NCBI RefSeq assembly: GCF_036321535.1
Contig: NC_087437.1
Coordinates: 42,286,001 to 42,350,000 of the forward strand
Length of the DNA: 64,000 nucleotides
Source: Camelus dromedarius
Taxonomy: Eukaryota
Direction of reading: 5' to 3'
Part shown: positions 48,571 through 61,965 of the stretch, piece by piece
Position numbering within the stretch: the first letter of the stretch is position 1
Layout of the letters: the number at the start of each line of letters is the position of its first letter
Notes under the pieces: model-generated
What the model was told of the DNA's origin: nothing
Seen by the model: only the letters and a program-made list of their open reading frames with translations
Databases searched by the model: none
Translations under genes and position numbers: made by a program

Positions 48571-49434
48571 CAAACACAGCCAGCCAACAATCAGACACGA
48601 GGATAAAACAACACCAGAAGTTTCTTTCCAACAGGCAAGTCACAGGCAGGAAGAAGGGAGCTAACACTGACTAGGTGCCCTAGCAGGTACTAAATAAAAG
48701 GCTCCACATTTAACACACGTGTTCTGCTCGGTGTGATTGGTAACAAGCAGGAACTTGGAAAAATCAAATAGCCCAGGACCTAGGAGGGATCTAGTTCTGC
48801 CATAATTCTTGCAGAGCGGTTTTGCAGTTTTGAACTTCATTGAGCCTCATTGCAAAATGCTGATACTAACCTTGTGAGAATAATAAATAACACATTTAAA
48901 GCACCTACGATGAAGCATTATATTACCATCACTGCTATTATTATCATAATAGCAAAGTATGGTGCATCCCCATGGCTCCAGTGACTGGCAATAAGGCCAC
49001 ACCTGGGTTTTAAACAGCCTCATTGTTTCCTGGTTCACTGGCGGCTCCTTGTTACCAAGGGCCCCTCTGCTGTGGGCCTGGCTCCACTCTAGCATGGTCA
49101 CTGAGAGTTGCCCTTTACTCTCCACTTGAAAACAGAAGGCCTCACACTGTTCCCTCCCTTGCCCCCAGCTCGAAACATTAGATTTCACTCCATGTTGCTT
49201 AGAGGGTGCTTGGGCAAAAAAAATTATGAACGGATAATGCTACTTCCATGGCCTTTACCAGCTGCTTCCACCAGGCTTTGAGTTATTATCCTTAGGGTTC
49301 TCAGGATATCTGCCTCTCCTGCTGTTGAGCAAGACCTTTCCCTCTTACTGTGCTCGAGAAGCAGATTAGCCAAATAATGGTTTTTCTGGCCCCCAACCTA
49401 TTTTACTAGAGAAATCACCTTCTAATGTGGCAGA

Positions 49435-49575
49435 CATATAATAATATATAATATATATAATAAACATATAATATATAATAGTAAAAGTGTATAGTATATA
49501 ATAATAAACATATAAAATAATGTATAATATATTTAATAAGAAATAACATAATAATAAATAATGCATAATATATTG
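49435..49575. repeat. AT-rich low-complexity tract
   Basis: Almost entirely A/T with degenerate ATATA units. Confidence 0.9.
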
Positions 49576-51149
49576 TAACACAAAAAAGATATTCCAAAGA
49601 GTTTTAAATAAGGTAGACTAATTTTGCCTGTGGGGTTGTTCCTCCTGAGGCTGAAAAGTGAAGCAACTTTTTTGGAGTCAAGCAAAACAACAACTTACAA
49701 GCTGGGTGAAATTGACAGAGTGATTTAACTTCTTAAAAAATGTGTACAGTTGTGTGTGTGTGCATACAGAAATAATATTCCACATGTGAGTACCATGTAA
49801 GTTACATGTGAAATAAAGTGTCAGGTAAATCCATATTTCCTTTCTTTCTTTCGTTTGCATGTGCTTTTTTAAAATTTTCACTCTGTCCTGTTTTCACCAT
49901 TGTTTAGATATATCCTTAGTTTTGCTTTACCTTGATGGTGGGTGCAGATTCAATGAAGTCTTTTGTGACAACATGAATAAAAAGAAACAATGACCATAAG
50001 AAGGATATGGACAATCAGGGTTCCGTCTGTTGGTCATCGAGTAGAATAATAGTTTATATGGAGCAATGAAAGCTTATTTTGTATTTTCATGGTGGATGAA
50101 TCCTTATAAATTTTTATCATAGCAAATATGTGAAAATTACATTATAACTCCATACTCTACTTACCTGAAGGAAATTTTAAGAACTCACTTAAGTATAGAG
50201 AGATGAACACACTATGACAACCTTCTTCCCCCTTGGGCTACTACTCATAGAGAAACCAGAGGGAAATGAAAGTGATACCTTAAAAGAATATGTGAAATGA
50301 AACAGCTTGTGTTTGTTCCTGGAATAGAATCTGAGTTAAACTTGAGAAGGAAGCTTGCTTTATCTTGGAAATCAAATTGCATACAAATAAATCAGAAGGA
50401 ACAAAATCAGTTATATAATTTTTGTTGACAAGGAAATTGTGGAACAGCCAATCATGTAATTAATTTTACTTTTTACTAAAATGGCACTACTTCTTCTCAA
50501 GTAGGGTAAAGATTTTCAGAGCTACACTCATGGGCTTATATGACTCATTAATTCAAAAAGATTGATATTATGACCTGGTTTCACATTCACAGAAGTAAAA
50601 CTTTCCTTTATCAACTGTAACATGAAATGTGAAACCATCAAATACTATTTGTGACATACTGACTTCATTTCAAAAGCTGCCTGATGAATAATCACATGGA
50701 ATGGACTCTTCCAGAATCTTTGACTTAAATTATCCCAAACTTTCCCCCTTGATAAACAACATGCCTAGATTTTTCTGTCTGTGCAACACTTTGCCTCCAT
50801 GGGTAAGGTGAAGTCTTCTTGAACGAATGAGATTACCATAGGTTTGAAACAGTCATGAACATAACTTAACATCATACCTGAAATTCATTCCAGCCATAAA
50901 AAATGCATTACTGCCTTTCTATTTCATCTTTATCCAAAGCATAAAAGAAATTTTGACACATTAGTTATTTTTTTATATACATGAAAATTAATATAATTAC
51001 TAAAATTAAGATAAATGATTGCTTACCATCTAGAATCACCTCAAGGAGCACTAGTGACATGCATACAAACTTTTGGAAACAATAGACTAAAATGTTTCAG
51101 CCATAGGCAAGTGGCTTTCCAATAAGATAGCAGCTTGAATTTTGCTGAG

Positions 51150-51430
51150 AAAAGAGCATTCTTCTAAGTATGGCTTAACCAGTGTAATATGAGTCCAGAG
51201 ATGCTGGTATCCATATGGTCACCACATGGAGAGAGCTGGCCCTCCTGAGCATGAGGTCAGCATGAGATTGGGGGGTGAAGGGGATTTGACTGCATCTTTT
51301 AGCCATCCGGATTTAGCTGAAGCCTGCATCCAGTCTCATCCCTGTACTTTTCAGTTATATAGTCCATACATTCTCATCTTTGATTAAGCCAATTTGATTT
51401 GGGTTTCTGAATGACTCAAAAAGTCTTAAC
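51150..51430 (+). mobile_element. old MaLR LTR remnant (MLT1J/K-like)
   Basis: CACCACATGGAGAGAGC...CTGTACTTTTCAGTTATAT...TTAAGCCAATTTGATTTGGGTTTCTG. Confidence 0.55.
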
Positions 51431-53441
51431 TCTAGAAGTTAGTCTATGGAAATGACATTTAAAAAATTGTCCTTTGAATGTATTTTTTGATCATGAACAA
51501 TCATCTCACTGAATATAATTGACTCCCTACATGGCTTTAAGTCATTATAAATTGAAACTTTCATCAAATGATGGAAGAGTGTGGATTTTTACTTAAAGTA
51601 TAAAACCAGAGTAAAGTCATAAGGAAGAGTACTGTGTGGAGCTCAGGAAGGCTTGAGCAAGCCACTGGTCCCAATTTTCTGTGTGCGTAAAACGAGAGGG
51701 TTAGAAGCCTTCCACCTCCAAAGTTCATCTGGGATAAAGCAGAACAAAAGTGAAAGAGCTCTGTGAGAAGACATAACTATAACCATGGCTGATTCTAGGA
51801 AACCAGGCACCAGCTCAGCATTCGGCAAGAAACCTCGACATGAGTAAGCACATACACACTCAAACACACATGCACAGTTAAGCTCTTTCACACACTCAGA
51901 TCCATGCAATAAAGAAAGCATCTCACGAAAGCACCTTATTTAAACCAAAAAAAAAAAAGAAGTGTGAGTGCAGCATGACAGTGTTACAGGCAATTTTTTT
52001 TCTTCTAGGATCTTGACCTATAGTCCACTGATCGTTCTCAGACTAAACTGAGAATATTTAAGGCAAATTTTGTCAGCTAGTTTAGGCATGCTCAGGCCTA
52101 ACTCTGTGTCTATTCCAGCACAAACATATCTGGGAGTCTTACAAGCGTGGTAAGCACACACCTAACTTTTCCCCTTCTTTTCTTCTCCTGATTCTAGCTT
52201 CAAAAATGGAGGAGAATCAAAGAGAGCAGAGATCAGAAAAGGAGAGGAGAGAAAGAAAGAAGAAGGAAAAGAGAAAACACAGGAAAAGGATTTAGGTCGG
52301 AGCATAAGATAAAAATCTCTCTTGAATGTGCTTAAGGTAAAAAACATTACAAAAAATCAGTAGAGTCAATTTTCTAAAGAAAAGAGGAGAAAAGCTTATT
52401 CCACATTTCTTCTTTATAAATTAAATATATATGTATGAATGTTTATTTTTCCCCAAAGCACTTTTTTCTTTGAAATAATAATTCTTCAGAGAGACCTTTG
52501 GAGTTTAACAACATCACCTTTTACACAGAGCCAAGTCCTTATTATTGTGAATTTTTTTTTCTTTCACAGAGCAGAATAAGCTGAATCTTGACAGGCAAAG
52601 CGTTAAATTAAAAGAAGACAATTTTTTTTTTTTTTTGCATTTGCATTTGCTATGGTAGAATGAGGGAAGAGCTAGCCAATACTTTTCCTGGGTCCAGCTG
52701 CCCCCTCTTACTCACCTCTGGTAAGGCCTCTCTGCAACTCATAGACTTCCTGCCCTACAACAGTATGAAAGGAAAAGAAATGTCAGTTCTGTCCACTAAA
52801 TATCTCAGTGGGTTTTCTTTAATGCTAGAGGTTCCACTGGTCACCTGTCCTTAAAGCCTTTGCCTCTCCTAGTTTGGGGTGCCAGGTAGAAAGATGGGCA
52901 GAGGTCCAGTGGTCAGAGATAGGTTTTTTCTCTTTCTTGTCCAGCAATTTAAGGCCTCTCAGGGACACAGTTCTGAGTCATAATATGTGTATGATGGTGA
53001 GTGCCAAGAAAGAGGCAGAGTTTTCAGAAAGCTTTCTCCACCTGTCCCTGAGGGCGTGATGATCATGCTGGTTTTATGGTAAATACAGCAAAGACCAGGG
53101 AATAATTTATTTTTCTTCTTAAAGTTCTGAAGACTCCAGAACTCAACCCAGGCAAATCCACTGTAAGTCACGTAAGGCAGTCAAGGCCAGCGTGTATGGG
53201 CTTTGGCTGTTTTCCCACAAGCATCAAAGTCTAGCAGGCAGGTGTTCCTGTTTGTTCAAGTTCAGCTGAATTCCCCGAGTGAGCTCTACGGGAATCTCAG
53301 TTTTGATTTCCCCCTCTCACCCTCTTTCCTGCCTTCCCTCCCCTCCCAAAGACAATGCAGATGAGAATCATAGCTGTAATAACACTTTGAGTTCTCCAGA
53401 GGTAAGGAATTATTATTACTTTAACAACTAGCCACTAAGAT

Positions 53442-53442
<1 letters not shown>

Positions 53443-53484
<42 letters not shown>
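53443..53484. repeat. (TAGA)n tetranucleotide microsatellite
   Basis: About 10 perfect units. Confidence 0.95.
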
Positions 53485-56449
53485 TTATATTATGCATATT
53501 GTATATATTCATATATATTAAATGAATAAAACTAGTTTGCATATCTGTATCTTTAAAGCTGGAGAAGTGTCTTTTCTACCCTGTTGTTTTCTTAGATGAG
53601 AGCCGTACCTCCCTGTACACTTTATTCCTCAGCTAAAGAGAAAGGGTATGCCAGTTCAGGGGACAGGAGGCATTTGAATTCAACTAAGCAGGTTCAATCA
53701 TCTAGAAACTGCTTTCCTGAGTGGCTAGCACAGTGTTTCACTGATTAACTAGCTGGCAGGGAGCTATTCTGGAATTTTCCAAGGACTGGGTGGAGTTGTT
53801 AGATAAGTTTTGAATTGAGGCCCAGATGACATGAAAGTACATGTTTATATTTGACTAAGAAACTGAGCAAAAGCTTTATTAATCTAAAATAGGAAAAAAA
53901 AAAAAAGCTTTCCCTGAATGGAGAGAAAATCCTGATAAACATGACAGAGAAGGGAAAAGGAATGATAATAATAATTAATAATAATAATAATAACTTTTAA
54001 AAACTAGTTTTAGATGTAGATGCAGCCAGAATGTGTGTTTAGAGGTTTGAGGCAGTTAGTTTTTGTTTCAAGTTGCTGCTTCCTCTCATAGGCTAGGCAG
54101 TATTAAACAATTTTCTGCTTTTTCCAGCCCTGCAATTTTGGGGTCCAAAGTTTGACCCTGTTGCTTTCTGTGTTATTACCAGTTATATCCAGATGGGGAG
54201 GGAGTGTGCATTGATCGGGGCTTATTAGAATAAATCTTACAGGTCTGAAGAGCCTAGAGTTCTGTAAGAAATAAGGGCTAAACAAGGTTTTTAAATCCTG
54301 GTATGTTGCTGCTGTGGTCTCAGACTTCCCTGGACAAGAATGAGAATTGAGAGGTTAGTTCGAGAAATAGAAAGTAAAACTGAGAGAAACATTTGAAAGA
54401 AAACGATGCAGGGGCTGTCGAATGTCACAGGCTCTGTGTTGGATAAGCTCCCTCTGTCTGCTCCCCAGGACAGTGCACTGGGTGGGGCAGAGACGCCCAT
54501 GGGTTCTTTTGCTGGTTTTCTCACTGGTATAGAATTCAAAAGCTAGAACCCTCTGGAGTCCCCAAGGTGAGGAGAATTGTAATCTCAAAGCCTCCTTCTC
54601 TCTGGGGTTGTGGGCACCCCACTTGTGGGGATGCAGTCTGGTTGTTCACCTGGAAAATGTCACGATATGAAGGCTGTGTATTTGGTGGAGATGTTACTTA
54701 AGATGTTAACTTGGTCATTGAATTTCTACCTTTCTCTGACCTCTTTTCATGCCAGGAGACAGTGGTAAAGAGAAGAGAGCCCTGCCTTTTCCCAAGCCTA
54801 AAGGTGTTAGTTCCAGTTACAGCACTGCTGCTTTGAGCCTGGGGTCGTGAGACAACTTACTCAGCTGAGTCTGAGCGTCCTGCTCACCTGTTTCTCTGCC
54901 AGCTCCCAGGTGGCAGTAAGGACCATATGAGATGTATGTGGGAGCGCTCTGCCCTTGCAGACATGAAGCATTAGTATTAGTGCTTGCCTGATAAGAGTAA
55001 GAATACAGACATCACTGTCTCATTCAAAGGATTGGAAAGTAAAGGAATCATCCTGTGTTTCTGGCTGCTTCCACTTTTGAGGTCCTGAGAGGCATTTTGA
55101 CCTAAAGAGAATAGATTTTGGAGTCAGACAGACATGGATGCAAACCTGTCACTGTGGTCCTTGCAGATCACTTATCTGCTCTAAGAATGCTTCTACTATG
55201 TTATTAGCAAGTGAGGACAGTGTAGATGCAATAAATAAAGTACATCTCTAAACTTCTTCACATAGACCAGAGTTACAAGAAACTTTCATCATCCAAGGAT
55301 AAATGGTAGCAGCAAAGGGTCAAAGTGAATTAACCCTCTTATAATAAGGAGCAAATTTCAAGGTATAGAATAAAAATAATTATCTTAATGTTAACAGATT
55401 TATTATTAATTGCAACAATGCACTAAGTCTGAGTCCAAAGAATGTTGGGGAGCTGATTCGGCATGTTATCTTGGACAAAACTATAGAATGGCAATTACTC
55501 TGATCAACACCAGCAAAGGAGGATCATTTTTCCAAAATAGTTAAAAATTAAGATTTAAAGAAATCAAGAGTTTTATCAACGTTTCAAGGGGATTTTTAAA
55601 ATTCTTTGGTATTCAAGCCAGTACCTTTTGGAAGCATTTATTGTGTCACCATCCGTACCCATTTTCTCATCTTTAGTGTTAATTTATCTGATTCCTTACC
55701 TATTTTTTCTTCTTCAGCTTTTACCTAGTGTCTTGACACATGACTGTACATGAGATTGGAGCAGTTCTCCAACATCACTTTCGTTAATGTTATAAAGCTC
55801 TTCATCTCTTGAAGGAATGCAATTTCATTTTGACACCAAGTTGCTCTGCATTGCCAGATGTTTATAATGTCCTACAATCAGTAAGAGACAAACTGTCACA
55901 TTCTTGATTCTACAGGGATAGTCATTTAAGTCAAGCTGGGAAGGTGGTTTGAGAGGGAAACAGTTTTACAAATATTCAGTTCATCAATGAATATTTTCCT
56001 GTAATGGCAAACTTTTCCTTTCTGTTTAACCATGTCTTAAAGGAATTTGGGTAATGAAAACTCTCTGATAATGCCTCTTTTTATAATCAAGGATTCTTTA
56101 CTCCATTTATTGGTTTGGCTGTATGGATTTAGGCTGAACACATTTACTAATATATAAAGGGCTAGTATTTACTTGTCAGTTCCAAGTTTGAGTTTAAAGA
56201 TGCTAACTTTGCCAAATAAGATCAGTTTCATTAACTTGGAGCTCTAAATCAATGGTGCTGTAAACTCCATTCAGGCTGCTCTTCTAAGTATGCTGCAAAT
56301 ATACGGAAAATTAGTTTATATTTCATTAAAAACTACCAGTAGGTTGATATCAAACAAAACAAAAAAGTGACAATTCAATGAACTTGTTGTTTCTACCAGT
56401 AAAGAGAATAGTTTATTTTTTGTCATGTAAAAATCCAGTAGTTTAATCA

Positions 56450-57340
56450 AAAGGTACTATGAAGAGAGTGAAAGATCGGGCGAAGATATTTGTAATTCAT
56501 ATATCCAATGAAGGACTTGTATCCAGATTTAAAAACTAATTTTTTAAAAAGGAGCAAGACTTCAGCAGGCATTTCACTAAAGAGAGTATCCAAAAGACCA
56601 ATAGACATAGAAAATGTGTTCATCATCATTGGTCACCTAGGAAACGCAAATTAAAACCTCCATGAGGTATTGCCTACCTGTGCAGGATGGCTGAAATTAA
56701 AAAGACTGACAATACATGTGTTGGTGAAATATAGAGCAATGGGAATTCTCATAAATTGCTGATAACAGTGTAAGTTGTAAAGCCACATTGAAATACTACT
56801 AAAGCTAAACATATGTATATCCTATGACCCAGCAATTCTACTCCTGAGTATATATCCAACAGAAAGAAGTGCTATGTCCACTAACAGGACAGGCAAAGAA
56901 TGTTCATAGCTCCTTTATTAATAATAGCCTCAAACTGGAAACAGCCCAGTAGAATGGATGAATTGTATTATACAATGGAATACGACATAGAACTAAAAAT
57001 GAACAAACTACTGAGATATGTTCCAATCTGATTAAAAAAGACACCTATATATATATATGTATAATGTATGATTTATATGAAGTTTAAAAACAGATAAAAC
57101 TAATCAATGATGACAGAGATGAGAAAGAACAACAGTGATCCTGGGTGGGGGCAGTATTGACAGGAAGGTGACACTGGTGGGCCTTCTGGAATGTTGAAAA
57201 TGTTTTCTGTTTTGACATGGGTGGTGGTTACATGGTTGTATGTAAAAATTAATTGAGCTGTATTCTTAATATGTGTACAATTTGTGTGTAAATTAGACAT
57301 ATATGTAATGTACATGTTACTACATATTATATTTTTATAT
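56450..57340 (+). mobile_element. old L1M ORF2 end and 3'UTR
   Basis: GGAAACGCAAATTAAAACC, CCTATGACCCAGCAATTCTACTCCTGAG, CAAACTGGAAACAGCCCA, GGGCCTTCTGGAATGTTG. Confidence 0.85.
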
Positions 57341-58205
57341 ATATATTACATGTCATATTTTACTATACATAATGAAGGGAAAAGCTAGCAGTGAGTGAAA
57401 ATTCTGTTACTGAGAAACCTGTACCTTCAAATGCAAACATTTTCAATTCTTAAGAAAGCAGCTATATTTCACTAGGGACAAAAAAGCCTAAAATTATTAC
57501 CCTTGAATTATAAAAAAGACTGAAAAGACATTTAACAAAATGTTAATAATGGAATTGTGGGTTATTTTTATGATCTTTATACTTTTCAATGTTTTCACAA
57601 TTTTCTATGATGAGTGTGTCAATTTATAATCAGAAAAATATGTGCAAATGATTTTTAAAGGAATCTGTTAAAACCCCTGTTAACTAAAAGTAGATCTTAT
57701 TTAATTTCAACTCATCGAGTTATAATATTAACATTAAATGTTTCCTTTTTGTGTATCATTTTTTAATAAAGAAGAGAATTGAATATTAGCTCTCTTTGGG
57801 TTAATACTCTTGGACAATAGACACTGAAGGTAAATACTTTTTCTTTTATTAACACAATATGCAAGGTTGTGTCTTCCTTGCCTTACGTGAAAGCAGTGTA
57901 GCCTGGTGTTAAGCCTGTGGGCTCATGACTGACTGCTTGAGTTTATAGACTCAGCCCTGCCATTTTCTAGTCCACCGACTGTAGACAACTGACTTACCCC
58001 CTGTAATTTTCAGTTTCTTCTGAATTAGGAGTGGTAACAGTATCCATATCAAAAGGGCTGTAAAAAAAAAATTTAAGTAATTTTTGTTATCATTGCTGTG
58101 ACATATGGTTAAATTGTTTTTGCTCTGCATCTCTGTGGGTCTAGTCATATTGTTCAAGGAGAATTTTGAAGGATGTTTTATATTAAAAATGAATTTGTGT
58201 TCTGA

Positions 58206-58357
58206 ACTGTATAGCACAGGGAACTATATTCAATATCTTGCAGTAACCTGTGGTGAAAAAGAATATGAAAACGAATACGTGTATGATCCTATATGACTGA
58301 AGTATTGTGCTGTACACCAGAAATTGACACAACATTGTAAACTGACTATACTTCAAT

Positions 58358-58408
<51 letters not shown>
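58206..58408 (+). mobile_element. short L1 3' tail whose A tail is replaced by (TA)n (~58361-58408)
   Basis: ACTGTATAGCACAGGGAACTATATTC...ACTGACTATACTTCAATAAAA(TA)n; GTGTTCTGA on both flanks. Confidence 0.9.
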
Positions 58409-58414
<6 letters not shown>

Positions 58415-59815
58415 ATTAGTGTTCTGAGGTCTGAAGAGTTGAATAGCATAGTTCTAACCAACTGATCTTCCAATCTACACTGGAAATCAGTAATCATCTG
58501 CATTGGCTAATCCTCATAATGACCTGTGAAGTAGGCAGAGTAGTCCTCCCATTTCACACATGTGGTCACTGAGACCCAAAGAGGTGAAATGAGCCCCCAG
58601 AAGACAAAGAAGAGCCTAGAGCGAGCAGAGGTTTTCTGACTCACAGACCCGTCAGCACCTGCTCCACTGAATCATACTGGCCACCCTAGGCGCTGGGCAA
58701 TTTCTTTCTGGTTAAGTTTTGCCTTTAATTCCTATATGCTTCTCTGGTTTCTCCTGTGATCAGAACTGGGTCCCTCGTCCCATTCCAATTTCCTCTGGTT
58801 TTTCAATCAACCGAATTGTGCTGATCAGTGAACTTTCCCAATTAAACACGTATTGTCATAGTGGCCCTTTGCCTCAAGTGTATGCCAGCCTTCAAAGCTA
58901 AAATCACATTCTCCCTTGGGCAGTTAGAAAAAGAACAAAAACCAAAACAATTCACATTCCCCATCCTTCATAAAGTATTTCCCAATTTACTTCCTGCAGT
59001 ACTCTGTTTAATTTTAGCCTCTTTTAACCCTGATAACCCTTTGTTTTCCCTCTTACTCAAGTACTTATAATGCTGTTTTGTGTTTCAGTTATTTGGGTAT
59101 TTGTCTTCCCCCCTTTGCTTCTATTATTTATCTTAAAACCCCTTATAATACCCAGCATAATGGCTCAAAACTGGAAGATGCCTAATGGATATGTATTGAA
59201 TAAATGGATGAATTAATGATGTAGCAGGAGGATAGGTACACGTTGTTAATATACATTTACGGAACAACCTCAGGGGCACACATCATAATGTGCAGAAACA
59301 CCTCCTTCTGTTGGGAAATTTGAATGTAGCCAGTGACTTGCAGATTCTACTTGCATTTCACTCATGAGAATTTTTTTGAGATTTTAAAAATAGGATTCTT
59401 GCTCAGCTGTCCTTGAGTCTGACCTCATTAATATACTGGAAATGCATTTGCTCTCCTTTGCAAGCACATTAACTCCTACAGGCCACAGAGATAAGGCACT
59501 CATAGAAAATCCCCTGAATGTCAAATAGATCAGAGAGCCAGGGCCAGAGCCCATTGGTGGCAGATATGCAGCCAGCCTTTCCCAGATGGTTCAGGGATGC
59601 TCCTGCTCAGAGCAACATCCTATTCAACTGGTTTGTTTCACAGACTCCTCAAGACAGTTAAGGAGACTGGTGGAAAAACCCTCTTAGGTATAGCATGGTT
59701 GATTATATTATCTCATACAAAATGTGGTCTTAGAAATTGGGTGAACTACCTGTTTTGATTTTTATGCATTTCAACTTTTTAAAGTCTTTTTTATTTTTAT
59801 TTTCATTTATTTACT

Positions 59816-59988
59816 TCTATTTTTAAATTTTTTAAATTTTCTTTTTCTTTTTTAAAAAATTTATTTGAGTGGGAGGTAATTAGGTTTTATAAATTAAAAA
59901 AAATTTTTTTAACGGAGGTACTGGGGATTGAATCCATGACCTCGTGCATGGTAAGCAAGCACTCTACCATTGAGCTATACCCCCCCCC
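59816..59988 (-). mobile_element. Vic-1-like SINE (full length)
   Basis: Minus strand GGGGGTATAGCTCAATGGTAGAGTGCTTGCTTACCATGCACGAGGTCATGGATTCAATCCCCAGTACCTCC...CCTAATTACCTCCC. Confidence 0.9.
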
Positions 59989-60028
59989 CATTTTTTATTA
60001 CTTTTTTTTGTAGGGGGAGGTAATTAGG

Positions 60029-60083
<55 letters not shown>

Positions 60084-60146
60084 TTTTAATGGAGGTTCTA
60101 GGGATTGAACCCAGGACTTGGTGCATGATAAGCACGCACTCTACCC
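59989..60146 (-). mobile_element. Vic-1-like SINE, 5'-truncated, with internal (TAAA)n
   Basis: Minus strand GGTAGAGTGCGTGCTTATCATGCACCAAGTCCTGGGTTCAATCCC; TTTTATGCATTTCAA at 59760-59774 and 60147-60161 brackets both SINEs. Confidence 0.9.
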
Positions 60147-60379
60147 TTTTATGCATTTCAATTTTAAATGTCTCCCTTTCTGTTCTACAATATGAGTTCC
60201 ATATGGCTTGAGATATACTTGAAGTAGTTTATGCAGTATATTTTATCTATTAAGAAATGTTGAACTAAATATGCAAACTACAATATAAAATAAGTTTCTA
60301 CTTTGAACCAAAGAAACTGAACTTTTAAAAAATAAATTTTCTCTTTAAAATTTTAATTTTAAAAAACAGAAGGTTTTAG

Positions 60380-60518
60380 GTGGGGAGGGTATAGCTCAGT
60401 GGTAGAGTGCATGCCTGGCATGCATGAGGTCCTGGGTTCAAGCCCCAGTACCACCATTAAACAAACAGATGAATAAGCCTAATTACCACCCCAACCCCCA
60501 AAGAAAGATTAATTTTTT
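60380..60518 (+). mobile_element. Vic-1-like SINE
   Basis: GGGGAGGGTATAGCTCAGTGGTAGAGTGCATGCC...GGTCCTGGGTTCAAGCCCCAG; TSD AAAAACAGAAGGTTTTAG / AAAAATAGAAGGTTTTAG. Confidence 0.92.
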
Positions 60519-60748
60519 AAAAATAGAAGGTTTTAGTTCTTTTTGGATGGTGAGTTACTTTTATCTCCTAAAATTCTCAGTAACACCAAGGGTAAGTGGG
60601 TATAAATTTTGCCATCAGGGAAGTGTAGTGGGAATTTCCAGAGAATCACCAGAGATAAGTGTGTCAGAGGCTTGGAGATGGACCAGATGAAACTTAAATA
60701 ACAGCTGGCTTATTGGCTTGATCTTTGAATACTTGATGAGAAGAGTTG

Positions 60749-61649
60749 TGTATTATGAGTCTTCCAGAGAAGCAAAACCAAGAGGAGATAGGAGATAGGA
60801 GAGATATATACATATATACACACACATATAAACAGTTAACCCTTGAACAATGTTGGGGAGTTAGGAGTGCCAACTCCTGCCCCCCTCTCCCCTGCAATCA
60901 AAAATCTGTTTGCTGCTATCTCTTCCTCAAAAACAAAGAATTGATAAATGACTTACCCATGGGCAGGAAGCTGAAACAGGAAGTTTGAATACAATTAGGA
61001 CTCAAACACCAGCTCTGTTGATTCCATATATTGTGATCTCTAATCAAACAGAAACTTTTCTCCACATTTAGTTCTAGATCTAGAAAATGAAAATAAGGCA
61101 CTATATTTATTGAAAAAAATCCATGTATAAGTAGACCTGCACAGTTCAAACTCACATTGTTCAAGAGTCAGCTGAATATATATATAGATATAATATATAT
61201 ACGCATAGATTGATTGTAAGGAATGGGACCGTGTGGTTGTGGACGCTGAAGCCTCCCAAGGTCTGCAGTCTGCAAGCTGAGACCCAGGAGAGCGGCTGGT
61301 GCAGTGCCAGTCCAAATTCAAAAGCCTGAGAACCAGGAAAGCCAGTGGAGTAAGTTCCAGTCCAAGTCTAAGTTCAAAGGCAGAGAAGACCAATGTCCCA
61401 GCTCCAAGAGAGCCAGGCAGAGGAGAGTTCCTTCTTATTCACAGAAAAGTCAGCCTTTTTGTTCCCTTCAGGTCGTCGGGTGTTTGGAGGCTCACCCACA
61501 TTGCGGAGGGCAGTCTGCTTTACTCAGTGTACCAATTCAAATGTTACTCTTTCAAAAACACCCTCACAAACACACTCAGAATAATGTTGGACCAAATATC
61601 TGGGCACTTTGTGGCCCAGTCAAGATGGCACATGAAATTAACTATCGCA
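60749..61649 (-). mobile_element. ERVL solo LTR (MLT2B-like) carrying a Tigger insertion
   Basis: TGTATT... to ...GGCCCAGTCAAGATGGCACATGAAATTAACTATCGCA; 5-bp TSD AGTTG at 60744-60748 and 61650-61654. Confidence 0.9.
60833..61174 (-). mobile_element. Tc1/mariner Tigger2-family non-autonomous element
   Basis: TIRs CAGTTAACCCTTGAACAATG / CATTGTTCAAGAGTCAGCTG; subterminal AAAAATCCATGTATAAGTAGACCTGCACAGTTCAAAC; sits in the TA-rich tract of the MLT2. Confidence 0.9.
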
Positions 61650-61749
61650 AGTTGTTTTAACAGGATCTCCCCCATTGCCCCAAACTATCAATGCAGTTCT
61701 TAAGATTTTAAAAGTCAGAGCTTGGAGTCAGAAAACTCACCTCTTCTAG

Positions 61750-61965
61750 GGTGGAGTGATGCGATGAAAGAGCATAGAGTTCGGATTTAAACTGATCTGG
61801 ATTCAAATCCTCCATCTCAGCCACTTTCTAGCCATATGATCTTGGATAAGCTAATTAACCTTTCAATTTCCTCATCCCCTCGAAGCACAAGATGTTGCAG
61901 ATTGTTAGGGGAAAATATTTGTCATATGCTTATCACATACATAAGCATTCAATACATTATATCTA
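61750..61965 (+). mobile_element. MIR SINE
   Basis: GATCTGGATTCAAATCC...CCACTTTCTAGCCATATGATCTTGGATAAG...AGCATTCAATACATT. Confidence 0.65.

Noticed and set aside
60380..60460. tRNA gene-like sequence with A and B boxes (also at ~1.55, 34.0 and 59.9 kb)
   Set aside because: Followed by SINE-specific tails and flanked by TSDs, so these are tRNA-derived SINEs rather than tRNA genes.
61299..61703. Overlapping 118-134 aa ORFs
   Set aside because: They lie almost entirely within the MLT2 LTR and are chance open frames.
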